Part shown: one piece after another, positions 27,888 through 35,800 of the stretch
Position numbering within the stretch: the stretch's first letter is position 1
Layout of the letters: each line of letters opens with the position of its first letter
Virus record (IMG/VR): IMGVR_UViG_3300045988_177228
Span: 1 to 64,000 of that record
From: a virus
Direction: 5' to 3' (one strand)
Length of the DNA stretch: 64,000 nt
Notes under the pieces: generated by a model
The model's database searches: none
What the model saw: the letters and a program-made list of their open reading frames with translations, nothing else
What the model was told of the DNA's origin: nothing
Program-made: the position numbers and the translations under genes

Positions 27888-28229
27888 ATGTCGGAGCAGG
27901 TGCAGACATACCATCCAACGTTCGAGAAGACCAAGAAGCTCTTCAACCTGCGTAAAAGATTGTGGGAGATAGCCGACGGTAAAAGCGACGGAACAATCTC
28001 ATATGAGGAGGCGAACCATCTCGCCGTGGACGCGGTGGCGACCGCCAACGGAGGAATGCCACGCGCCACGAGCGGCCCCATGGTACGACTCTGCAAGCTT
28101 TGCACCAACGGTTGGATTCGTGAAGCGGCAAACGAGATGGGCTTGGTTTACCCGGACTTGGACTATCCGGAACGGTGGGACAAACATCGAGACCATAGCC
28201 GTAAAAAGGAAAGGAAGGCAACGGTTTGA
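27888..28229 (+). CDS. hypothetical protein, NGWIREA-motif family member 1
   Basis: ggagaccacgggagaacgATG start. Shares K(L/N)C(T/K)NGWIREA...YP(D/Y)LD(Y/H)P(E/D)(R/L)W with the next gene. Confidence 0.6.
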   Translation: MSEQVQTYHPTFEKTKKLFNLRKRLWEIADGKSDGTISYEEANHLAVDAVATANGGMPRATSGPMVRLCKLCTNGWIREAANEMGLVYPDLDYPERWDKHRDHSRKKERKATV

Positions 28230-28567
28230 GCAGCAACGGATTCGGCAAGGAAGACATAAGCAGAACAGCCATTCCGGCACGCCCATACGCCAAGGATATG
28301 GCCGTCATCAACCGGCTGTTGTCACGGTTGCAAACCATTTCGAACGATAAGGCCAAAGGGAAAATCACATTCCAACAGGCGAACAAGAAGGCTGTGGAAG
28401 CAATCCACAAGGCTCGGAACACCAAGTCGAAGTCCCTGCAACGCAAGCCATTAGATTATTTAGAACATATCTGCAAGAACGGTTGGATTCGGGAAGCTGT
28501 GCGAAAGATTCCCGAACTGTACCCGTATCTCGACCATCCAGATTTGTGGCTTCGTAAAGGCGCCTGA
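28226..28567 (+). CDS. hypothetical protein, NGWIREA-motif family member 2 (tandem paralog)
   Basis: TTG start overlapping previous stop. Paralogous over full length. Confidence 0.55.
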   Translation: MSSNGFGKEDISRTAIPARPYAKDMAVINRLLSRLQTISNDKAKGKITFQQANKKAVEAIHKARNTKSKSLQRKPLDYLEHICKNGWIREAVRKIPELYPYLDHPDLWLRKGA

Positions 28568-28797
28568 TGTATTCCAAAGAGCAGATATGTTGCATGGTTT
28601 CTCTCATAATATTGTCGGCGTTGAGCTTGACCGCGCTGGTGCATTACGCTCGACTGTCGATAGGAAGAATGAGTCGGATGCCTGACGAGAAATCCCGTTC
28701 AGACCTGTTCAACTATCGGCTGATGACCGTCGTGTCACTGCTGGTGTTGTCGGTTTCGGTGGGTTCCATCATCGTCTACGGTTCCTCTCTCAAATAG
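28567..28797 (+). CDS. small membrane protein (76 aa)
   Basis: ATG overlapping previous stop. Two TM helices. Confidence 0.45.
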   Translation: MYSKEQICCMVSLIILSALSLTALVHYARLSIGRMSRMPDEKSRSDLFNYRLMTVVSLLVLSVSVGSIIVYGSSLK

Positions 28798-28801
28798 ATT
28801 G

Positions 28802-28840
28802 GATTGGAAGACTGCCGTATTTATACTTCCTTCTACTTCT
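28802..28840 (+). repeat. R39 element copy B
   Basis: gattggaagactgccgtatttatacttccttctacttct, 55 nt upstream of AAA ATPase start. Confidence 0.7.
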
Positions 28841-28894
28841 CAAACATTGACCATAACGTTACAAAAATCATTTTCAGAAAGCAGGAAGGTCAGT

Positions 28895-29851
28895 ATGTTA
28901 AACAGCACGGAAATGCTTCGACTGGTCAGAGCCGCATGCAACGGAGACCATTTGAAACTGGCCCAGCAAATCGACTTGCTGGCCGACTCGGTGGAGAAAG
29001 CCAAGCCGACCGCCTACACTACGAATCTGCGTCGGCTGGCAGAGTCGGAACGCGAGAAAGGTCTGGCTGTCAACACGAATCTGGCACCGGTTGACGGGTT
29101 GACCGAACCGTTGCTCCCACCGGACGGGACTCATAAGCCCGTATGGGATAAGACCGTGCGGGGATTGTTGGATGGGCTGGTTGCCGAATATGGGAAACTG
29201 GATGTCCTGACCGCGCATAATCTCGCTCCCCGTAATCGAATCATGCTCACTGGAGCGCCCGGCACGGGTAAGACCACCTTTGCTTCCATCCTGTCGGAGA
29301 GGCTTGGGTTGGATGGGGTCATCCTTCGTGCAGACCGTGTTATCAGCAGTCAGCTCGGTAAGACGTTAACCAATATCGCCTTGGTGTTCGACCGGCTCCA
29401 CATGGAACGAAAGCTCCTGTTCATAGACGAATGCGACATGCTTCTGGCCAGACGAGACAATTCCCATGACGTTGCTGAAATGCGTCGGGCAACCAATCTC
29501 ATGTTACGGAAAATAGACCTGCTTCCGGAGGATTGCATTCTCATCTGCGCGACCAACATGGACGGTCTCATCGACCGTGCCGCATGGCGTCGGTTCGACG
29601 TTCGAGTTCGCATGACACTGCCCGACAAGACTACGACAAGGCTTATTATCATGCACCGGCTTAAGGAGTTGAATATCCAAGCCGACGTTCGACCATGCGA
29701 CATCAATGTGGAGAACATAAGTCCAGCCCTTATCGTCCAAACCGTGGACAATCTGGCCCGCAAGACTTTGATTTCCGGTTCGGAAACCATTCCGACCGAC
29801 CTGTTCGTCAATGCTTTCAACTCTCTGAAGATGGAGGTTTCCAACCAGTGA
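28895..29851 (+). CDS. AAA-family ATPase
   Basis: Walker A LTGAPGTGKTT, Walker B LLFIDECD, AAA lid-like C-terminus. RBS aggaaggtcagtATG. Confidence 0.8.
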   Translation: MLNSTEMLRLVRAACNGDHLKLAQQIDLLADSVEKAKPTAYTTNLRRLAESEREKGLAVNTNLAPVDGLTEPLLPPDGTHKPVWDKTVRGLLDGLVAEYGKLDVLTAHNLAPRNRIMLTGAPGTGKTTFASILSERLGLDGVILRADRVISSQLGKTLTNIALVFDRLHMERKLLFIDECDMLLARRDNSHDVAEMRRATNLMLRKIDLLPEDCILICATNMDGLIDRAAWRRFDVRVRMTLPDKTTTRLIIMHRLKELNIQADVRPCDINVENISPALIVQTVDNLARKTLISGSETIPTDLFVNAFNSLKMEVSNQ

Positions 29852-30114
29852 ACCGTGACGGATACAAGTTCGATATCAATGTCCGCAGAAACGGTTTCAT
29901 GTCATATCTGTGGAGCGCCGAAGTGGAAGATGAAGGATTCTTCACTCCCATTGCGAACGGTACTGCCCACACTCTCAACGGCGGCAAGAAAGCCGCTATG
30001 AAACAAGCGAGAAAGTGGGCGCAACACCAGCTCGCCCACCCCAGTGAAAAGGAAAGGTGGGCGGAATGTGCGACGATGAGCAACACCAAAACCAGACACC
30101 GGCGAAGTCACTGA
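29848..30114 (+). CDS. hypothetical protein (88 aa)
   Basis: GTG overlapping AAA stop. Low confidence because it overlaps the next ORF by 58 nt. Confidence 0.35.
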   Translation: MNRDGYKFDINVRRNGFMSYLWSAEVEDEGFFTPIANGTAHTLNGGKKAAMKQARKWAQHQLAHPSEKERWAECATMSNTKTRHRRSH

Positions 30115-30365
30115 AACGTTCCGGAAGGCAACCGAAACTATCCGACGTCGTCATGCTCGACCGGGGTTGTCAACTGTGGATTCGTGAAGCCCGTAAAGGG
30201 AACATCACTGACACGTCGAAGACCTTGGAGAAGATTCGATACCAGCTTCGATTGGAACGTCGTGTGGCCGGACAATCCGGTTCTGGACTTCGTAGACCTG
30301 TGGGTAGGGATAAAAAACCCGATACGGATGGGAACGGTTCAAAGCCGGATAGGAAAGACTTATAA
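30057..30365 (+). CDS. hypothetical protein with WIREA motif (third family member)
   Basis: aaggaaaggtgggcggaATG RBS. Contains RGCQLWIREARKG resembling the motif in 27888 and 28226 products. Confidence 0.35.
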   Translation: MGGMCDDEQHQNQTPAKSLKRSGRQPKLSDVVMLDRGCQLWIREARKGNITDTSKTLEKIRYQLRLERRVAGQSGSGLRRPVGRDKKPDTDGNGSKPDRKDL

Positions 30366-30489
30366 CCCATCAGGGTGCCGGTAGACGGTGCTGTCAACCG
30401 GCACCTTTTGGTATCCGACCTCACAATACTGGGGGTATCATTGTGTTATCGACGGAACCACACGCCCGTCATTTTTATAAGGAGACACA

Positions 30490-31254
30490 ATGAACGAAGG
30501 AACCTATGGGCTGGAGACCCTGAAAGCCGACTATCATACGATACTCGGCTACGATATCGGCTATCTCACCGCGGAATCCTATCCGCTGTTCGCACCCTAT
30601 CGTGCGAAAACCAAGAACAGTTTCTCCGGTAGGGTACCGCGACTGTTGAGCGTAATCATCACCACTCTCGTCAACACGCCAAGCCGCGAATGGGATGCGG
30701 AAACCCGCGCGCTCACCATCGGTGACGACTTCTTCTTCCTCGCCAACAAATGCGGGTTGAACAGTGGAGGAGACGGACGCACTACCGTCCGGAACCAGCT
30801 TCTCATGCTTTCGTCAATCCAGTTCACCGGAGCGGACGGAGTCAAAGTCACGCCGGTCGAACACACCGAAATCACCGCCGACAGTCTCACTATCGAGCAT
30901 CGGAAAATCACGTTCACGGAACCGTTCGTAAAAATGATGACAAGGAACGTCCGGCAGATGCCGTTGAAGTGTCTGTACCCCAACGCGGGTAGCGCCATAG
31001 CGATAGACCTGCTCGCATTGGCGGCATTGTACTGTCCGAACGACCATAGGCTCATCATCGAACGGGCAGACCTTCCATCACTGCTTCCAGCAAGCAGGCA
31101 AAGCCTCTCCAAGCAGAATCTTCTAAATAGATTCAAGGAGTTGAACGACAGTCAGAACGAGTGGACGTATCGTATAACGAAATACAGCGTGACCATCAGC
31201 CCGTTCGGAGTGTACTCGTCCGAAGACGCTTTGAGATTACGTCGCAGACAATAG
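30490..31254 (+). CDS. hypothetical protein (254 aa)
   Basis: taaggagacacaATG RBS. No recognisable motif. Confidence 0.65.
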   Translation: MNEGTYGLETLKADYHTILGYDIGYLTAESYPLFAPYRAKTKNSFSGRVPRLLSVIITTLVNTPSREWDAETRALTIGDDFFFLANKCGLNSGGDGRTTVRNQLLMLSSIQFTGADGVKVTPVEHTEITADSLTIEHRKITFTEPFVKMMTRNVRQMPLKCLYPNAGSAIAIDLLALAALYCPNDHRLIIERADLPSLLPASRQSLSKQNLLNRFKELNDSQNEWTYRITKYSVTISPFGVYSSEDALRLRRRQ

Positions 31255-31267
31255 TTCGAGTATGAAA

Positions 31268-31300
31268 AGAGGGGAGCCGACCGTAAGGCCGACTCCCCTC
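31268..31300. terminator. stem-loop between convergent genes (putative bidirectional terminator)
   Basis: aGAGGGGAGccgaccgtaaggccgaCTCCCCTC. Confidence 0.45.
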
Positions 31301-31320
31301 AATGATGTCGGAATGGGAAC

Positions 31321-32043
31321 TCAGATTTTCAGCTCATCGATAACGGAAAGGTCAACACCGTCACCCCAATTATCGACAATCTTGCTCAGGTTCTTACGCA
31401 TTCCGGCAGGAGACTGGTCGTCAACCGGACGTCCGAAATTCTTCTCCGGCGCGACCGCGTTCAGCACGGAGAACAGCAGGTTGGTCATATCCTTGCCCTG
31501 CGCGAACACCAACGTCACCTCTGCGGCAATCATGCCCGGCTCGGCTGTAGCCAACCCTTCCAACGCGGACGCGAACTCGGAGATTCGACGTTGGTTCTTC
31601 GGCTCGGTCAATGCGTCCAGCACTGCTTCCGGAGTGCTCTTCTTCGTATCGGTCAACGCCTTGGCAAGAGAAACCACACGCTCGTCATCCAACGATTTGA
31701 CAAGAGGAATCAGCTTCTTGCCGAACTGTTCCTCGATGTGCGGCATGGTCTTTTCACGCGGTTTGCGATTAGAACGGCCCTTACCTTTCCCCTTCGGCTT
31801 GTCTTCGGTTTCAGTGGACTCAGCGTCCACGTTCATGTCCTCACCATCAGCCGGTGCGGACACGTCAGCGACAGGCTCCGAACTCTCCTGATTAAGAGAA
31901 TCGGATTCCGTCTGCGACTCCTCGACAGAAGACTGCTCCGGTTCAGCATAATTGTCGGAACCGTAACCATTGTCCTGCTCCGACTGCTGGTTGTTGTTGA
32001 ATCCCCAATTGGTGAAGTCTGGCATCATACCTTCTTTCGTCAT
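31321..32043 (-). CDS. hypothetical protein with highly acidic N-terminal half (240 aa)
   Basis: ORF. N-terminal 80 aa D/E/S-rich, KGKGKGR linker, structured C-terminal domain. Confidence 0.65.
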   Translation of the reverse strand: MTKEGMMPDFTNWGFNNNQQSEQDNGYGSDNYAEPEQSSVEESQTESDSLNQESSEPVADVSAPADGEDMNVDAESTETEDKPKGKGKGRSNRKPREKTMPHIEEQFGKKLIPLVKSLDDERVVSLAKALTDTKKSTPEAVLDALTEPKNQRRISEFASALEGLATAEPGMIAAEVTLVFAQGKDMTNLLFSVLNAVAPEKNFGRPVDDQSPAGMRKNLSKIVDNWGDGVDLSVIDELKI

Positions 32044-32149
32044 ATCCAGCGAACACTCCGGTCGTACAGGCTGTTAACAGTCGGAACGAGGTGTTCTGTA
32101 TTTTCAATTCACGAGTGTAGCGCCCGACGGCATCCCTAAACGGGGAAAA

Positions 32150-32930
32150 CGGGGAAAAACAATTCCCCGCGCCACCCGCGCCGGTAGTTCCAACAGAAAA
32201 GCGGAACCAAAAAGAGTCCCCAACAAATATGAAAAAAGGAACAGCACCCGACCATTATCAGAAAAACCATGAAAACCATCCAGTCCACGCCGGTAGGTCA
32301 ACATGAATAGCAGACTCAAAAAAAGAGAAAAACCAAAAATCAAAAAGACTAAAAGAAAGGAAGCACTACCCACCAAAAATCAGAAAAAGAAACCAAACAC
32401 CATCACACCAAAAAAAGAAGAACCAAGAAAATCAGAAAGAAAAGAAAAACCAAAAGGAAGAAAAGGAGAATATAAGAGAAGCAATCTTAATCAAATAGAA
32501 GCAACAGAAGAACAGGACAATAAAAGAAGAAACACCTACCCCTAAATCGGGAATACAACGTATAGAAGCAACAGAAGCAACGCAACCATCCACCAAAAGA
32601 ACAACATATCAACCCATATGACATACAGGACAGAAGAACAACAGCACCCAACACCCCAAGAAACAAGAAAAGCCAAGCAACAGCACCACAAGGCAACAGG
32701 CCAAGCAACAGCACCAGCACAAACAACAACCAACAGCCACTACAACAACAAAAAAACAACAAAAAGGTCAATAGTCTCACTAACAAGGTCAACGGCAATC
32801 AGAACAAGGTAACATCAATACAGGAACAGCCAATGCAACGAAAAAAGCAACAGCAAAACCAACAAAAAACTAAATATCAAAAAACTATAAATGCCAGAAC
32901 TCGGACAAAACCGTAAACGTTCCGATGAGA
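32150..32930. repeat. ~780-bp low-complexity A/C-rich, G-depleted region (plus strand) between divergent genes
   Basis: Runs of aaaaag/aacaac/caacag. Extreme strand asymmetry unlike the rest of the window. Track ORFs inside are K-rich or Q/T-rich artefacts. Confidence 0.6.
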
Positions 32931-32940
32931 ACAACGGAAC

Positions 32941-34155
32941 ATGACCCATCAGGAGGCGGTCTTATTGGAAAAACGAACGATTTCCCTGATAATCGGCTCC
33001 GGAGGGCTTCTCACAACCATCAAAAAGGCCCTTACGAGAGCCGGAAACATGCGTTGGCAGGTGCCCGCCGCAGACAATATTCAAGCACAGGCCGACTATC
33101 TGGTAAGACATCCGGTGCCCTCCGGGTTCAAAGGAATCATCTTCACCGACAGGGCTGGAAACTGGCTTCCGATAGCCAACGCCGGATACATGGTCTACTG
33201 GTGCAACACCGGTCAGATACCGGTCGGAGCCATGGGCATGAGCGAACAGATGTTACGCATGAGCGTGGCTGATTTTGTACGGACTTATTGGGGAATCCAG
33301 CTTGCGGACAAGCGTCTCGTAGTTGATATCCTCCAAAACAAAGTGAAGGAGACTGCGGTTCTCCTACCCATCACATCCAACACCGGAGGAGTGGGGAAGA
33401 CCACGTCCAGCCGACAGTTGGCAGACCGTGCGTCGCAAGCCGGATTGCGTGTTCTACTCATCGACGGGAACATTCGGCAGTCCAGCCAACGTAGTTTTTT
33501 CGACCCGAGACAGGACAAGCCATTGCATACGATAGCCGACTGGCGACCGGGCATGCAGGTGCAGGTCGGGGCCAATCGAGGACGTGACCTTGGGGTTCCA
33601 TACGACATCTGTTTCGCACCTCCAGCAGGCGTCGGAGTGGACTGGCAGATATACCGTCAGTACATCCAAGCGGCACGCCGACTGTGGGATTTCGTCGTGC
33701 TCGACCTTGACCGAATCAGCGCGGACGATTTGGATGATAGGGAGAATATCGCCAACGGTTTACTGCTTCCATACATTCAATCGGGAGACCCTTGTCTGGT
33801 TATCGTCAAGGCTGGAAGGCAGACGCAGATTGACGCGTTGAATCTGCTGACGGCATTGGCGGAACATCATCTTCCGAAGGAACTCATCGGCATCAAGGAC
33901 ACCGTTCCGGTCGGATTGCAAGGTTACAGACGACTCGACTATACGAGATACGGAACGTTTCTCGGGACCGAATATCAGACGGTCGAGGCAAGCAACCATA
34001 TCGCCAACGGTGATGTCAGATGGGATGACCCCGGTCTTGCTTTTGCTAGGGAGAACATTCTTAACTGGGCTTTGCCCGACCGTGGTTTCAATCCGGAAAG
34101 ATTCAATCCGAACGCTAAGAACAGTGAAGGAAAGAAAGGTCGTGGGCGTAAGTGA
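32941..34155 (+). CDS. ParA/MinD-like P-loop ATPase with N-terminal extension (CpaE/TadZ-like)
   Basis: Deviant Walker A ITSNTGGVGKTTSS, LLIDGN Walker A'-like, FVVLDLD Walker B. Confidence 0.7.
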   Translation: MTHQEAVLLEKRTISLIIGSGGLLTTIKKALTRAGNMRWQVPAADNIQAQADYLVRHPVPSGFKGIIFTDRAGNWLPIANAGYMVYWCNTGQIPVGAMGMSEQMLRMSVADFVRTYWGIQLADKRLVVDILQNKVKETAVLLPITSNTGGVGKTTSSRQLADRASQAGLRVLLIDGNIRQSSQRSFFDPRQDKPLHTIADWRPGMQVQVGANRGRDLGVPYDICFAPPAGVGVDWQIYRQYIQAARRLWDFVVLDLDRISADDLDDRENIANGLLLPYIQSGDPCLVIVKAGRQTQIDALNLLTALAEHHLPKELIGIKDTVPVGLQGYRRLDYTRYGTFLGTEYQTVEASNHIANGDVRWDDPGLAFARENILNWALPDRGFNPERFNPNAKNSEGKKGRGRK

Positions 34156-35348
34156 CATTCGATGACCGTTTTCTTTTCGACCCGAACGACGAGAATCTTT
34201 GGAAGACCGGAAGCATTGCCGACTGGTATAAAGGCAACGACATGTTCGAGATGGAGCATCCCGGATTGTTCGCGCAGACCCACCCGTGGTTCGTTGCGAA
34301 CAAACTGTTCGCGGAGACAATGGTGAAAGCGAACAGCGAACTCGTTTCGAGTATCCTCGGCGCATTGTTCACTTGGAAGACATGCACGGTTGACCAACTA
34401 CGTGCGGGACTTTCCATCAAAGGCGCTCCCGCTTTCGAGCGTGACGAACCGAACCTGTATGGTGCGATGAACCGTTTGGGAATCATCAACGTCGGTTTCA
34501 GTCAGGCGGAACGATTGTACGGTCAGACCGTGAATCATGTTTGGCTTTCACCGTCGAACAGTCCACGTCTTATCAACCGTGCGATGAAATTGTACGGGAT
34601 GGAAAAGTGGATGCGTGAGACGATGGCGGTTTCCTATTACGCGGGGAATCGTTTCCATGTTCGGCATAACACTTATGCGGCGCACGCGGGATTGATGTTG
34701 GCACGCGATTCACGTGTGAAATTCTCATCCGGTGATGGTTGGGGAAAATTCCGTAGTGTTGACCCACAGGCTGTTGCCGAGTCGAAGGTCGGCAAGGCTT
34801 GCGCGACCGACGTGGTGACGTTGTGCCGGAACAATGTGTTGGCGGGTATCGAAATCCAAACGTCGAACAGCGAATTGGATAAGAAGATGCAGAACTGGGC
34901 TAAGATGCTCGCCTATTCTCCGATGAAGCGTCGCGGACTCATCTGCGTATGGTTGCAGATACCGAAGGCAAACGAAGGTTACGAATCGTTCAACGCGGTG
35001 ATACAACGCACGCAAGGCATGACGGAAATGGTCGTGGGCAATCCTACCGTGTCGCAACGAATGGGAATCGCGGTCTGGGATGAATGGTTCGAGCATGGGA
35101 TGCCGACCGACAGGTTCGGTGACTATACGGATATGAGTGGAACACGGCGCAACATTTTCTCCGACGAGTGGGCGCAATACACTCCGCAGGTTCGTGACGT
35201 TCGCAAAGTCAGCGAATGGGGTTGGGACGTGACGCGAGACATCATAAAGAAGGATTGGGGTTGGGATGTTTCCGGTTGGACAATGCCGGAAGCGTACCGT
35301 GGCGGTTTCTACGGTTTCATTGGAAAGGATTGCGATGGTCTCCACTGA
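34152..35348 (+). CDS. hypothetical protein (398 aa)
   Basis: ATGA overlap with previous gene. No confident motif. No HUH relaxase triad recognised. Confidence 0.65.
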   Translation: MTFDDRFLFDPNDENLWKTGSIADWYKGNDMFEMEHPGLFAQTHPWFVANKLFAETMVKANSELVSSILGALFTWKTCTVDQLRAGLSIKGAPAFERDEPNLYGAMNRLGIINVGFSQAERLYGQTVNHVWLSPSNSPRLINRAMKLYGMEKWMRETMAVSYYAGNRFHVRHNTYAAHAGLMLARDSRVKFSSGDGWGKFRSVDPQAVAESKVGKACATDVVTLCRNNVLAGIEIQTSNSELDKKMQNWAKMLAYSPMKRRGLICVWLQIPKANEGYESFNAVIQRTQGMTEMVVGNPTVSQRMGIAVWDEWFEHGMPTDRFGDYTDMSGTRRNIFSDEWAQYTPQVRDVRKVSEWGWDVTRDIIKKDWGWDVSGWTMPEAYRGGFYGFIGKDCDGLH

Positions 35349-35775
35349 GGAATCATTCCAACAGACGCAGGACGCGTTGGATGTAGCAAGATTGGAACGT
35401 GCGCGGGCTTTGCAACAGGTTCAGACATTATGTGAGACGGGACGTAGACATTTGGTCATTCCGTTTCTGATGGCGAACATGCAACGTGTTCCCGCATTAC
35501 GGAAGATACGACTCTGGCAATTGGACTCGATAATGTTCAACACTTCCCGGCGGATTGCGAACAAAACAATCCGCGTCATGCGTGAAACCATCAACGATGA
35601 TTCGAGCGTGAACGACGGTTACGTGACATTGGGTTGGGCTTTGGAGTCGAAGGAGAAAACCGTCCGTATGACTACATGGCTTCTCCAATTGTCGTTACGT
35701 GAGAAGCTTTCCACTTTCCAGAAGCCGGAAGGTTTCCCATACGCGCAGTTGTATCAGCAGAGCACGAATGATTAA
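35335..35775 (+). CDS. hypothetical protein (~146 aa)
   Basis: ATG 35335 overlapping previous stop. Confidence 0.5.
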   Translation: MVSTEESFQQTQDALDVARLERARALQQVQTLCETGRRHLVIPFLMANMQRVPALRKIRLWQLDSIMFNTSRRIANKTIRVMRETINDDSSVNDGYVTLGWALESKEKTVRMTTWLLQLSLREKLSTFQKPEGFPYAQLYQQSTND

Positions 35776-35800
35776 ACAAAAAAGGAAAGGAAGGTAAAAC

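Noticed and set aside
32303-32812. Track ORFs 32303..32545 (Lys-rich), 32618..32812 (Gln/Thr-rich) and 32487..32798 (Cys/Leu-rich, minus)
   Set aside because: Products of translating an A/C-rich low-complexity tract in different frames. No RBS. Composition unlike any neighbouring protein.
34152-35348. Possible conjugative relaxase
   Set aside because: Searched for an N-terminal catalytic Tyr plus HxDxxxPHxH/HUH histidine triad. Only loose HxxH (FHVRHNTYAAH) found. Insufficient to call.
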